Source: Veleropilina oligotropha
Lineage: Eukaryota
Assembly (NCBI GenBank): GCA_048128005.1
Contig: JBEUKZ010000113.1
Coordinates: forward strand, 1-64,000
Length of the DNA: 64,000 nt
Reading direction: 5' to 3'
Shown here: piece after piece, positions 10,983 through 21,600 of the stretch
Numbering within the stretch: position 1 is the first letter of the stretch
How the letters are laid out: each line of letters starts with the position of its first letter
Notes under the pieces: model-generated
Told to the model about the DNA's origin: nothing
Seen by the model: only the letters and a program-made list of their open reading frames with translations
The model's database searches: none
Made by a program: the position numbers and the translations under genes

Positions 10983-12245
10983 ATGGCTAAGAGCGCCTTT
11001 GCTTTTAATAGGAGTGCAGCCTATTCGACCGGTGTGGTGTACCCAGCCCGGATAAAGGATGAGCAGCTTACAAAACCACGCGTCGTTGTCTCCTCGTCTG
11101 AATCTCCTGCCTTCGGGGCAGACTACCCCGACGTCTTTCAAAAATACCGCCTCCCTCACGTCGCGAGTGACCGGCTAATACGGGATTGGAACAGCACGCC
11201 GATGCGGTTCTGGCAGAACAAGGTAAACTTCGCCGTATGGTGTGCTACAACAGGTTCCGGGATCTCCTCAGAAGACCACTTGAATGCTACTGCAGCCCTC
11301 GCCAGAGCTGTATTCACCTTCCACGTATACTATCAGGTCAGAAGGATCTTGACCGAGATTCAGGCCCCGCTGCCTCAAGACGTGACGTGGGATGCATTCG
11401 ACACCCCGTATGACCGAAGGGCATATGAAAAGATCTGCAGCGAATTCGGAGTGTCACCACATACCGACTGGCGTGTCAAGGGTCCCAACGGCGGACTAGG
11501 CACGGCTTACAGCTACTGGACGAACAATGGCTACCACTCCATTGGACGTGAGTATGACCCCAGTCGCATGTCGTTCACAAAAGGGACTACCAACTCGAAT
11601 CTACACGTGGACTACATCGCGCAAGCGCCTAGCCTTTCAAACGGCTGGGCTTCGTTTATTCTGGACAAGTCAGCGGGATTTACCCGGGCCGGCGTGGAAA
11701 GGCTCAATGACTCCATCAGGACCTACGTCTGGGCGATTCTTGGAGCGCAGGCGCAGACGTGTGCAGGCATTATCGGCACCGGTACGGCGTTTGACGCACA
11801 GAAACAGTTTCTGGCGAACGTGGAAGATGCCATCGCATCCCCCGTTGACCTACCAGCAGCAATCAAACGGTACCAAGAGGTGCTCCAGTATGCGAGGTCC
11901 AAAGTGGACTTCGTATTCGGCGTTGGCCTGTACATGGCGCCAAGTGACATGCTTCTACGGATCGGGCAGGTGGCTGGTTATAACAACGAGATCGTCGTCG
12001 CCACGGAAAACCAGACACTCGGTCTTAATACTACGGTCAACGCGGCCAGTGTGCCGCTCAACGCCACACGGGGTACTGGAGAAACAGGACTGGTCATCCC
12101 ACAAGATGCAGTCTTACGGGCAGATGCTCCGAAGCATCCAAACGATGAGGCCCTGGCAGCTGTTCGAGCCGGGGCTGCCCAGTCACATGACGAGGAGAAA
12201 ACCGCACTTATCGTGGGTCTCGTCGTCGTTGGCCGACAGATATAA
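10983..12245 (+). CDS. Viral hypothetical protein (420 aa) with a C-terminal hydrophobic segment
   Basis: Long intact ORF inside the virion module. Confidence 0.72.
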   Translation: MAKSAFAFNRSAAYSTGVVYPARIKDEQLTKPRVVVSSSESPAFGADYPDVFQKYRLPHVASDRLIRDWNSTPMRFWQNKVNFAVWCATTGSGISSEDHLNATAALARAVFTFHVYYQVRRILTEIQAPLPQDVTWDAFDTPYDRRAYEKICSEFGVSPHTDWRVKGPNGGLGTAYSYWTNNGYHSIGREYDPSRMSFTKGTTNSNLHVDYIAQAPSLSNGWASFILDKSAGFTRAGVERLNDSIRTYVWAILGAQAQTCAGIIGTGTAFDAQKQFLANVEDAIASPVDLPAAIKRYQEVLQYARSKVDFVFGVGLYMAPSDMLLRIGQVAGYNNEIVVATENQTLGLNTTVNAASVPLNATRGTGETGLVIPQDAVLRADAPKHPNDEALAAVRAGAAQSHDEEKTALIVGLVVVGRQI

Positions 12246-13451
12246 TCACAGCCCACAGGTTCTCGGCCAGCCACGATGCTGTCTTGCTGACCAGGTTGAT
12301 TAGCCAGGAGACCAGGCTGCCAAGTATTCCGGGGAGTGCGGCTGCGGCCTTCCCCGCTAGTTTGCCCAGAATCCGACCCAGGTTCTGCAGCTGCTTTTTG
12401 ACCCACTCCTTGACCCCCCCTGACCACTGGGAGGTGGTGGTGTTGGTGCGATGCTCGGCGCTCCGCCTGTTAGGGCTAGTACCAAAGTCGAGATGGCCAA
12501 CCCGATCGCGGTCAGTATTGTTGCGATCGTAACCCCCTGCTCGCGAAACAGGGTCCGGATACGCTCGGCCAGCGTTGTGTCAGAGTGGAGTATCCGATTT
12601 AGCATCTCTCGGATCCGGCTGATCTGAGAGCGAAGGGCTTCCCGGCTTTATGAGGCTGCCTCTAGTCTGGCTTCTCGTTCATCCTGTAAGTTGCGAAGAC
12701 GTTCCGCGATCCGTCGACGAATAAACTCATCCACACCGCCCTCTTCATCGGCCCGATCGAGCTTGCTCTTCTCCAGCTCTATGTGTTCGTCCAGCGCCGT
12801 TAGTTTGGCTAGATTGTTGGTTAGTTCGCCTCGGATGGTCTGCATCGCCTTGTCAAGTCCGCGAAGCTCGCGGAGGTTTAATGGAGGGTCCCCCATTGTG
12901 CCTAAGATCTCTTCAACCTCGGTATCAGTGAATTTCGTCTCCATCGTGTGGATTGCTATCGAGGCATCAGTAGCAGTCTGCCCCAAGTCCCGCAGTTCTA
13001 CGTTGTCTACGTTGGCCGCTGCACCGCTCAACTCGTTGTCTGCGGTCTGAAATGCCGCGACGGCTTTTGAGGACAGCTTTTGTCCCCCCCGCTTCCAGTG
13101 TACGAAGCCCAACCCATCTCTGATGGCACTACCCCCACCACGCTGGCCAGCTATGGTTGCCAAAGCCTTGGGTTTACCGATGCTAGAATTGATGAGATCG
13201 ATGTGGGGCCAGGCTTTCATCTGCAGTCGCCCGTCCACGTAATCGAACCTGGAGTAATCACGCCCCGCGGCGGGGGTTTGCCTCTCTTTGGACAGGGCGT
13301 TGTAGTAGTCATCAACCGCTGTTTGAACAAGCTCTTGCCGCAGACCGCTGGTTCCTTCCTGTGGCGCCGCCACAATCCAGTCCGTGGATCCAACCTCACC
13401 ATCATCGTCGATGATGTCGGGCTCGAATGTGGGGTTCTCAAATTCCGCCAT
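12208..13451 (-). pseudogene. Coiled-coil virion protein with a C-terminal TM helix and amphipathic helices; nonsense codon at 12648-12650 and frameshift in the C-run at 12414-12420
   Basis: MAEFENPTF...EAAS*SREALRSQISRIREML...TIATILTAIGLAISTLVLAL reads through in frame. After a frameshift it continues VKEWVKKQLQNLGRILGKLAGKAAAALPGILGSLVSWL. Confidence 0.75.
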
Positions 13452-13494
13452 TTGAATACACCGGTGGGGGTACGCATCTAATTCAGACAACAAC

Positions 13495-14799
13495 ATGTCC
13501 AGCACGTACGGACGCACGTTGGATCCATACCGCAGACTGCGAGAGCCTCTTGGGGTGAAAGGGGTCCGCCAGTCGGTCACGATAACGAACAACCCATCCA
13601 CTATTGCTGCGAACCAGCAGCTGTTGGTTCGGTTCCCGAATCTCGGGACTCACGACGTTATCGTGCCAGGGACTGCCCACCTCGCATTCACCATTGCTCT
13701 GACCTCGGCTAACCCGAACAGGACTGTAGTTCAGAACATCGGACGCGCCGTGATCAAAAAGACCACGATAAAGATCAGTGGGAACGAAGTCATGTCTATA
13801 GATGACTCCGACGTGTACCACTGCTACTGCGATCTCTGGAAAACCGCAGGGGAGCGCACGAATGCCCAATATCAGGGTATTGATACCAGCGATGGACACA
13901 ACACTACGAAGAACCGTGTCGGCGCTGAGGGCGCATTCAGATGTTCTGAGGACACAGCTATATCGGACGCGTACGGTCCGAGGTTCCGCATCCCGCTGGA
14001 CTTCGAGTTGCTGGAGAGCCACATGCCGTTCTACCAGAGTGCGTTGGGGGACCGTCTTGAGTATGAGCTCACCTTCAACGACCACTCAAGGACGATCAGG
14101 GACACCGATGACCCCAGCTCCAGCTACGTCATCGACAATATCAGCCTGGAATACGACATGGTCACTAATCTTGAGCTTGCCAGGTTGATACAAAACCAAT
14201 ACTCGGGCCGCCTCACTATCCTGTACGATCGTGTCCTGCGGCATCGTAAGATCACGAGAGACAAGAGTGACAATTTGTGGAATTTAAATTTGAATGTACC
14301 GGCGAAATCCATGAAGGGTATCCTACTGCTGTTTGAGGATCCCGCGAGAGACGCCGCACCATTCGCGAGGGACACCGAGGCCTTCTACAATCCGAAGATC
14401 ACGAAGGTCGAGGTCACTATTGAGGGTGTGCCAAATCAACTATACAGCCAGGGCATGCGTTCCTACCAGATGTGGGACGAAGCCAGGAGATTCTTCGCCT
14501 CCTCCCCAAGCAGCAAGCGCCATCCTGAGGTGGCGTTGGTTGCCAAGGATTTGGAATTGGCGGACGTCACCCTGGGCGAGTTTCTGACTAAGAAGTTCGC
14601 CTTATTGATCGACCTCAGGGTAACTGACGACGACGAGCTGCATGGGTCAGGCCGGAAAGTAGATAACGCCAGCGAGGGCATCACCATCCAGATAACTAAG
14701 ACGGGTGAAGCAGCCGGCCTGTTGAACGTCTACGTGTTCGTGATAATGGATGCGCAACTGCATATTCAGGATGGCCGATTTGTCACCGCGCTGTACTAA
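13495..14799 (+). CDS. Major capsid protein (putative double jelly roll), subgenome A
   Basis: 434-aa beta-rich ORF directly upstream of the A32 ATPase. Size and position fit PLV MCPs, and it is duplicated at 23336-24095. Confidence 0.8.
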   Translation: MSSTYGRTLDPYRRLREPLGVKGVRQSVTITNNPSTIAANQQLLVRFPNLGTHDVIVPGTAHLAFTIALTSANPNRTVVQNIGRAVIKKTTIKISGNEVMSIDDSDVYHCYCDLWKTAGERTNAQYQGIDTSDGHNTTKNRVGAEGAFRCSEDTAISDAYGPRFRIPLDFELLESHMPFYQSALGDRLEYELTFNDHSRTIRDTDDPSSSYVIDNISLEYDMVTNLELARLIQNQYSGRLTILYDRVLRHRKITRDKSDNLWNLNLNVPAKSMKGILLLFEDPARDAAPFARDTEAFYNPKITKVEVTIEGVPNQLYSQGMRSYQMWDEARRFFASSPSSKRHPEVALVAKDLELADVTLGEFLTKKFALLIDLRVTDDDELHGSGRKVDNASEGITIQITKTGEAAGLLNVYVFVIMDAQLHIQDGRFVTALY

Positions 14800-15406
14800 A
14801 AGACGGTTCCCCCACCCCAAGGACCCCCACTCCGCAATCATCTGCGGCCAGACTGGCTGTGGGAAGACGGTTTTCATACTTGAACTTCTCGAGGGGGAGT
14901 ACCTAGGAGTGTTCCGGCATATTGTGATCCTCTGCCCAACGATCAAGTACAATAAAACATACCAGTCCTGTCCATGGATCTGGACTGACCCTGAGGTGTA
15001 CATAATCCTCCCTGGTGAGCGACTCCATGACTGGTTGCGGGGGTTCTACCGGCTGTTTCAGGGGGAGTCGACTCTGTACATAATCGACGACTGCGCCGCC
15101 AGCAAAGCCCTCGCCAAAAAACGGGACATGCTGACTTTGTTGGCCTTCAGCGGCAGGCATGCCGAACAGAGCGTATGGGTAGTGACGCAAAAGTACAACT
15201 CGGTCTTGAAGGAGCTCAGAGAGCAGACCCGCTGGGTCGCGCTGTTCCATTGCAAGGACCGCGACAGTTTCGAGGACTGTCTGCACGAGAACGATGTTAT
15301 CTCATCGCAGGATGAACGGACCACGGTACGGGCTCTGTTGGCCGAGACCCGACACGCTAAGCTTCTGTTGAAAACTGATCAGCCCGTTGCTTATAGTGTG
15401 CTGTAG
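14771..15406 (+). CDS. A32/FtsK-like genome packaging ATPase, subgenome A
   Basis: Walker A GQTGCGKT, Walker B LYIIDD, GRH arginine finger and VVTQ motif. Confidence 0.92.
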   Translation: MADLSPRCTKRRFPHPKDPHSAIICGQTGCGKTVFILELLEGEYLGVFRHIVILCPTIKYNKTYQSCPWIWTDPEVYIILPGERLHDWLRGFYRLFQGESTLYIIDDCAASKALAKKRDMLTLLAFSGRHAEQSVWVVTQKYNSVLKELREQTRWVALFHCKDRDSFEDCLHENDVISSQDERTTVRALLAETRHAKLLLKTDQPVAYSVL

Positions 15407-15459
15407 CAGCTACTTGGCTAGCCCTAACATCTACTTAGCAGCTACTTAGCTAGCTAGGC

Positions 15460-16200
15460 ATGTCGGACGCTGTATATCTAGCTTTTGCTTGCAGCCAAAG
15501 CCTGGTATTGCTGCTACTCGTAACATTGTGGTATTGGCATTATCGCTATATTAGACTGGCGAGGAGATGTTGGAAACGCTTAAGGATGGACAGCCTCATC
15601 GATCAACTCATGGATGACGAGGAAGAAACGACCGTCTGCCAGGGCCCCCCACCCCGCTCGACGACCGAACGTGGCGAGGAACCTGAAACTGGCGTAGCAA
15701 AGAAACGGGAGAGGCTTGCAGCATTAGCCGTTGGAGGACAGGCCCACCGATACATGGGGCGCAACCTCACAGTGGACCGAATCGACGATATGACTGACGA
15801 CGAGGTTGAGAAACACCATGCACGGTATGAAGCCAAGCTCGGTGCTGACATGACGAAGACCCTGGGGACTGCCGCTATACAGCTGTATGTGGGTGCAGCT
15901 GGGATGTTCTTGCCCATTCCGCCGGAGAACCAGCTACGACTGGTCGCTGACCTCGAGGCCGACCCTTTCATCTCACATGCCCTGAGCACTGCAAGCTGTG
16001 AGCTGTATTATAAATATGGCATGTACCTCGCACCGCTGACCGCAGCGCTGACCACGGCTAAGCACTGCCAATTTGGACATGTTTGCCCGCCTAAAATATC
16101 GCGAGAGCGAGATCAAGATGACAACGCAGGAAGTGGACCAAATGATCGAGAGCCAGCCGATAGAGAGGGTGACTTCTTCGACGGACTCATCAGTGAGTAA
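15460..16200 (+). CDS. Viral hypothetical protein with an N-terminal TM segment, subgenome A
   Basis: Intact ORF; homologue at 24753. Confidence 0.7.
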   Translation: MSDAVYLAFACSQSLVLLLLVTLWYWHYRYIRLARRCWKRLRMDSLIDQLMDDEEETTVCQGPPPRSTTERGEEPETGVAKKRERLAALAVGGQAHRYMGRNLTVDRIDDMTDDEVEKHHARYEAKLGADMTKTLGTAAIQLYVGAAGMFLPIPPENQLRLVADLEADPFISHALSTASCELYYKYGMYLAPLTAALTTAKHCQFGHVCPPKISRERDQDDNAGSGPNDREPADREGDFFDGLISE

Positions 16201-16638
16201 CAAGGACCCTAAAAAGGACCCTAAGAAGGACCCTAAGAAGGTCGCAGCAGGCCGGGCCGGTGCTGCGGCTCGGAAAGCCAAGCAGGAGAGGCTCCTTGCC
16301 GACGTTAGAAGACTCAAAGAAAACGCTCGACAAGTATCCGTCAGCGAAGTTCCTTCCGACCTGCATGAGGCACAGCCCAAACACAGTGGTGCCCCCCCGC
16401 GGTGACCGTGGTCGAAAAAGCTGGACAGTCAGCTACACGGAAATCGGACCCAAAATTTAATTGGACCCAGGTAGCCGTTGCTGCCGGTACGGTTGCATTG
16501 GTATTTGTTGTCTGGAGACGCAACAACCCTGGTCCATCCACACCATATCAACAGCCACCAGCACAGGCGAGGCAGCCCACCCCCTCGAGGGCCACCACCG
16601 AATTGAAGAATGAGCACAACCCGTTCCATATGCGATAG
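16118..16638 (+). pseudogene. Basic KDPKK/AAARKAK protein with a C-terminal TM; frameshifted at the C-run near 16392-16398
   Basis: Two ORF pieces join to match the continuous homologous C-terminal part of 24753-25880. Confidence 0.65.
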
Positions 16639-16650
16639 TCTCAGTACAAC

Positions 16651-16890
16651 ATGACTACCCCGATTACTGACGGAAAGATGCTCGGCAACGCCGTCTATCA
16701 CGCAGCTATCGTGTCCGGCCTCGCCATAGGCTACGCATGCCTGGTCAAGATGGTATTCAAGGGGGCGAGCCCCAAGCTGGACTTCACAGGGTACGATGTC
16801 GGGATGGTCGTCCTCGACGTAGCGCTCGCCATGGCGACGAAAGATATGCTGATCAAGCAAGGCATCATTCCGGCCGACGTTTTGAAGTAG
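16651..16890 (+). CDS. Small hydrophobic virion or membrane protein (79 aa), subgenome A
   Basis: Near-identical intact copy at 25893-26132. Confidence 0.75.
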   Translation: MTTPITDGKMLGNAVYHAAIVSGLAIGYACLVKMVFKGASPKLDFTGYDVGMVVLDVALAMATKDMLIKQGIIPADVLK

Positions 16891-16921
16891 TGTGACCCTG
16901 CTAGATAATCGCAGCATTTCA

Positions 16922-17353
16922 ATGGCTTCCATTGCGATGCTGGTTGGGGGCGCTCTCGTCAACGCCCTCGCCTTCAGCGGCTCCAACTTCCTCTTCTCGA
17001 AGCTACGCAGCTCCGGTGTTGATGCGGAGCGTAAACGTCACGACATTGCTGTAGAGCAGCTCAACGCCGCTCAGACTAAGTGGTCCCAAAAGCGGGCAGA
17101 GCGTCTCGACTGGCTGAACGTTGAACTTCGCCGCCAGGGTCACGCCGTTGGGACATTCCGAGATGTTGATGCCGCTATCCGTGAGTATGCATTGATCACC
17201 GGCAAGAACCTTGACCCCACCGCTATAGGAGGTGGCCCTGAGCCCCAGCTGTCCGACTACTACACGCCTAGTGATGACCAAAAGGGACGTGAGATCACCT
17301 TCATCATCCTCGGGATGGCTGCGACCGGGTTGGTAGCCTACAAGCTCGCCTAA
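16922..17353 (+). CDS. Membrane-associated viral protein (hydrophobic termini, central coiled coil), subgenome A
   Basis: Conserved intact copy at 26163-26591. Confidence 0.75.
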   Translation: MASIAMLVGGALVNALAFSGSNFLFSKLRSSGVDAERKRHDIAVEQLNAAQTKWSQKRAERLDWLNVELRRQGHAVGTFRDVDAAIREYALITGKNLDPTAIGGGPEPQLSDYYTPSDDQKGREITFIILGMAATGLVAYKLA

Positions 17354-17394
17354 TTATTTCCAGTGGACATTTTTTTTCGTGGGCATGTATAGTA

Positions 17395-17685
17395 ATGGGG
17401 CTCCCAGAAGAGCTGTACTGCGCCATGCTTGCAGTCAGTGGGGTGGCGCATAGTACTACGTCACTCGACTGCTGGCGCCGCGACGAAAAGACTATGGTGC
17501 GGTTCGCGGTCCTGGTGCTCTCGGGCCCAACCAACCTACGGGCGACCACTGCGCAGCGACCGGCTCCGGAAGCTGAAGCCTGTTGGAGACTGATCAGTTT
17601 ACTGGAATACATTGCCAGTCTCGATGGCAGCGAAGACCGGCAAAATAACTCGAGGGCGCGGAATGAACCGGAAGCTTGCAAATAG
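17395..17685 (+). CDS. Viral hypothetical protein (96 aa), subgenome A
   Basis: Homologue at 26638-26892. Confidence 0.6.
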   Translation: MGLPEELYCAMLAVSGVAHSTTSLDCWRRDEKTMVRFAVLVLSGPTNLRATTAQRPAPEAEACWRLISLLEYIASLDGSEDRQNNSRARNEPEACK

Positions 17686-18663
17686 CTACTATAGCCCCCG
17701 AGGCTACTGGAAAGGGATCGCCGCGATAAAACATCTCTCGGCCGCAGTAGATGTCTCTGAAGACGTGGCCCGGGATTGGCTGAAGAAGCAGGCCATCTGG
17801 CAAATCTATTTACCTGCGCCACGGCGGATTCCAAGACCAAAATTCAACGTCGAAACGCCGAACGAGGTTCACCAAGCCGACCTCCTGTTTCTCCCACATG
17901 ACAAGGTCGGTCGTAAAACGTACAAGTACGCTCTGACTGTGGTTGATGTGGCCAGTCGCTATAAAGAAGCTGAGCCATTGGCCACAAAAGAGGCCAAAGG
18001 GGTTGCTGAAGCAATTTCGCGAATCTACAGGCGGAGTCCTCTTAGCTGGCCGAAATTGCTTCAGGTTGATCCAGGGCGGGAGTTTATGGGCGCGGTCTCC
18101 CAGCTGCTGGCAAAGAATAATGTCGAGGTCTCCCAGCTGCTGGCAAAGAATAATGTCGAGGTCAGGGCATTGTGGAGCGCTTCAACCGGACGCTCGCTGA
18201 GCGGCTCTTCGGGCACCAGTATGCAACAGAGATGCGGTTTGCAGAGTCTGCGAAAGAGGGTCAAAGGTCAACTGAGTGGGTCGCCCGGATACCGGCTGTA
18301 GTTGCGGCCTTGAATGGGGAAGTGACCAGGCTGACCGGTAAAAAGCCCAAGGACGCCATCAAGGCACCTCGCATTGCCCAAAAGCCAGGCGCCACTGTTC
18401 CAGGCCGACAGGGGAAGGAACAGAAACTCCCCTCTGACGTAGATGTTCGATACCTATACCAACCCGGTGAGTTGGAGGGTGGTCGCCGCCGCGCTACTGA
18501 CCCGGTGTGGTCTTTGACGGTTCACAGGCTTGGATGCTCCGTCACTAAGCCTGACGAGCCTGTGCTCTACTACTTGCTTGATGGACCACCGCGTGGGTTT
18601 GTTCGAGAGGAACTTCTCGTGGTGCCTCGTGACACCCAGCTGCCACCGGTTCTCAGGCGTTAA
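17624..18663 (+). pseudogene. Retroviral-type (rve) DDE integrase, subgenome A; broken by a 33-bp duplication plus a frameshifting deletion
   Basis: HQADL (D), LQVDPGREF (D) and VERFNRTL (E). 18095-18127 is repeated at 18128-18160, followed by a frame change. Confidence 0.9.
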
Positions 18664-21600
18664 CAGCTGCTGCTCCCTCGTTTTCGGTTACATTCCAGAC
18701 ACGTTAAGCGCACGTTGTCGCGGATGTGGCCCCTGCTGTTGTCCACACGGTCGACACTGAACTGCTGTGTGTCTTTGGGCTGGTAGGCCCAGAGCAGCTC
18801 TATGTTGCATGCCGCGCAGAGGTTGTTTTGGGCGTCTTTGAGCTGCAGGATGTCATCGACCTTGAGGTTAAATCCCGGGAGTCCCTTGGCCTGGTCCTGG
18901 CGTTTGTACGCCACAAGCTTTTTCTGGATGGTCTTTCGAACCTGCTGCTTGCTCTGCGGCGGGGGCCTGTCCTCAGCACCCTCATCCGGAGGACAGGTTA
19001 CCCGTTCGAGCTGATGCAGCAGCACCACCCGGGACACGGCTAGGTAGGCGAGATTACTCCACTGAAGGTAGTCGTCGATGATCCAGACTTTCTGTGGGTC
19101 GTGAATCGTAAGACCCTGGCTCGAATGGATGGTGAGAGCATATCCCAGGCGCCAATCCGTGGTCTGAATAGCCCGCTCAGCGGCGTCAATGGTGACCTCG
19201 ACGACGTCGTTCAGAACTAGCTCCTCTCTTTCGTCGGTGCCCGGAATCGTTACCATGATGTTTTGCTTACGGGTGTCCCTGGGGTGGTACAGGATAGGTA
19301 CCAGGGAGTCTGGGAAGTGCTCCTTGTGCCTCTGGAGCAACAGCTGTTGAGCCCGTTCGCGGACCTTCTGACGGCTGGTGAGGATTAGGTCGCGTGGCTT
19401 CCAGGTGTTGACGAACCGATCCCATCCGAGGCAGCTGGGGAGAGTCCGTCGCATCTCGTCGCACTGGACTTTGTCGGGCTGGAGACGTATCCGTCTTTTC
19501 AGGGCTTGGAGGGCAGGGTCGTCTTTCGCCCTGTAGTCTACTTCGATCTCTTCATAGTAGTCCGCGGTCTGTTGCAGCCAGTCGTGCGGCATCTCGCCCG
19601 TAATCGGTGGTGGCTGGCCTTGATCGCCACAGCAGATAACCTGCACTTCGTGGCGGCCCAGCCAGTCCAAGAACATCTCGAGGATAGGCCGGGGAACAGT
19701 ACAGACCTCGTCCCAGATAATGACGCGGGGGATGAACTTCTGACCCATGCGATCAGGCGTCCAGTCATTCTGACCGCTCCATCGGAAGAAACTGTGGTAG
19801 GTCTGGGCTTTGACGCCTCTGGTCCGCATCTCTTTAGCGAGGCGGTGGGTTGGTGTGAACACGACGGGATTCCTTGCCCGAAAGAGCTCGATCGCTCTCG
19901 TAGTCTTGCCACAGCCCCCTCCACCATTGAGGTAACTCAGGCGATGGTGGGTCAGTGTGTCATTGTAGCATGGCGCGGTGCTCGGCTGGCTGGAATTGGC
20001 GGCACAACAATACTCTGGCTTGGGTAGGTATGCGGCATGTTCCTGTGGCATGTACAGCTGTTCGCCCTTGTCACGCCACTGGGCTGGTGCTACTGGCGGA
20101 AGGTACGTCTCCCCGATCAGACAGGAGATGCAAGATTTCTCGCCACAGTCGCAGAGTTGGGGGGCAACGTACACCGTGACATCGTCGAGCTTCTCCAACG
20201 AGGCCTTCTTGAGGTAGATGCTGTCAGTGGCTACCCGGACGGCTTCTGCTGCACTGAAACGCTGGAGCATGCTCAAGAGGTTTATGTGGGCATAGGCCAA
20301 CATGGATGCCCTCAGGTGGGCGTACTGTGGCTGGGAGCCATCATAGTACGTGAGGATGTGCCCCATAGGGCATCTTTGAGGTGCGCCGACCAGGGTACCA
20401 CTTTGGCGGGTGTCTCTTACGAGGAAGTCCAGCTCACCCTGGTCAATCACCAGTCTACGAGTCAATCTTTTGCCATCAGCGTTGGCGCCTTGGGTGAATT
20501 TGCCGATGATACTGCAGCCCTGGTCACGAATCGGAGGAAGCCAGACATCGATCTGTTTTTTGAATGCGATGATGGCCTCTCGGATCTTGAGGCTTTTTAG
20601 CAGTCCAGAGTCTACGAGGAAGGCGAGCAGCGGAGTTGGTGCCCATCCATTCTCTGCAAAGTGCTTCCCGAACCAGGCGGGAATGACGGGGTGGATGTCT
20701 TGTGCGAACTCCCATTCCACGACCTCAGCAAACCCGGTGCCGATATCTTCGGGAAGAGGACCGTTAATTGCGACCCGGGTCATGCTGTGGAGTGGGTGTC
20801 CGAATCTTTCGAAATAGGGCTTAGCCTCGCCCTTCCCCAGAAAGCTGGCAGGGTAGCAGGCTTTCATGTCGATGCAGCAGATGTCGCCCGTATCATAGCC
20901 CATGGAATTCCAAAGGCCACCATGGCCATTCTCTACACAGGCCTTCTGGATGTCATCGAGCAGGCTGGCTGGGGTCGGTTTCCAGCCGTTGTTCTCTTTG
21001 GCTATAATGCTAGCTGCATGGTTCACGCCAAAGGCTCGATCGGCTAGGGACTCGTTTCCCAGCGCTGTACAGGCTTCTTGGAGTATCTCGTGAGTTTCTT
21101 TCGTCCTGTACGTGCGGCCGTCCTGAAGCACGAACTGGTTCACGTTGAGCTGTCGGTCTGTACCGCTTAGGAGCCAGACAGCCAATGGCTCATTATGTGT
21201 GGCTTGTCGGATAGCTTCCCAAACGTCGCCCTCATACAGGTGGACCTCGCGAGACTGCGGAAAGTGTAGGTCCTTGGACCAGGCGTGGCCGTTGTGGCAG
21301 ATGAGTTCTACTGGTCTATGCCAGCCCTGGTACTTCCCACTGCTGTAGATGTCCTCGCCGGCAATATCTCTCAGTATGATCGCCCGCTTCAGTATCCTCT
21401 CGAGGATGGATATATCATCCACAGTGGCGCCTGTTACATGAACTCGCTCTTCCCACTCCTGTATTTTTCGTCTTCGTGTCGGGGTAAGTCCGTTTCCTCG
21501 CAGGGCACCTTCGATGTGCTCAACCACTCTCTGGGCAACGCAGTTGAGATCGCCGTTCTTCATTGGAACCAGGTTGGCGGGGTTTGGTTCTCTGAGAGGG

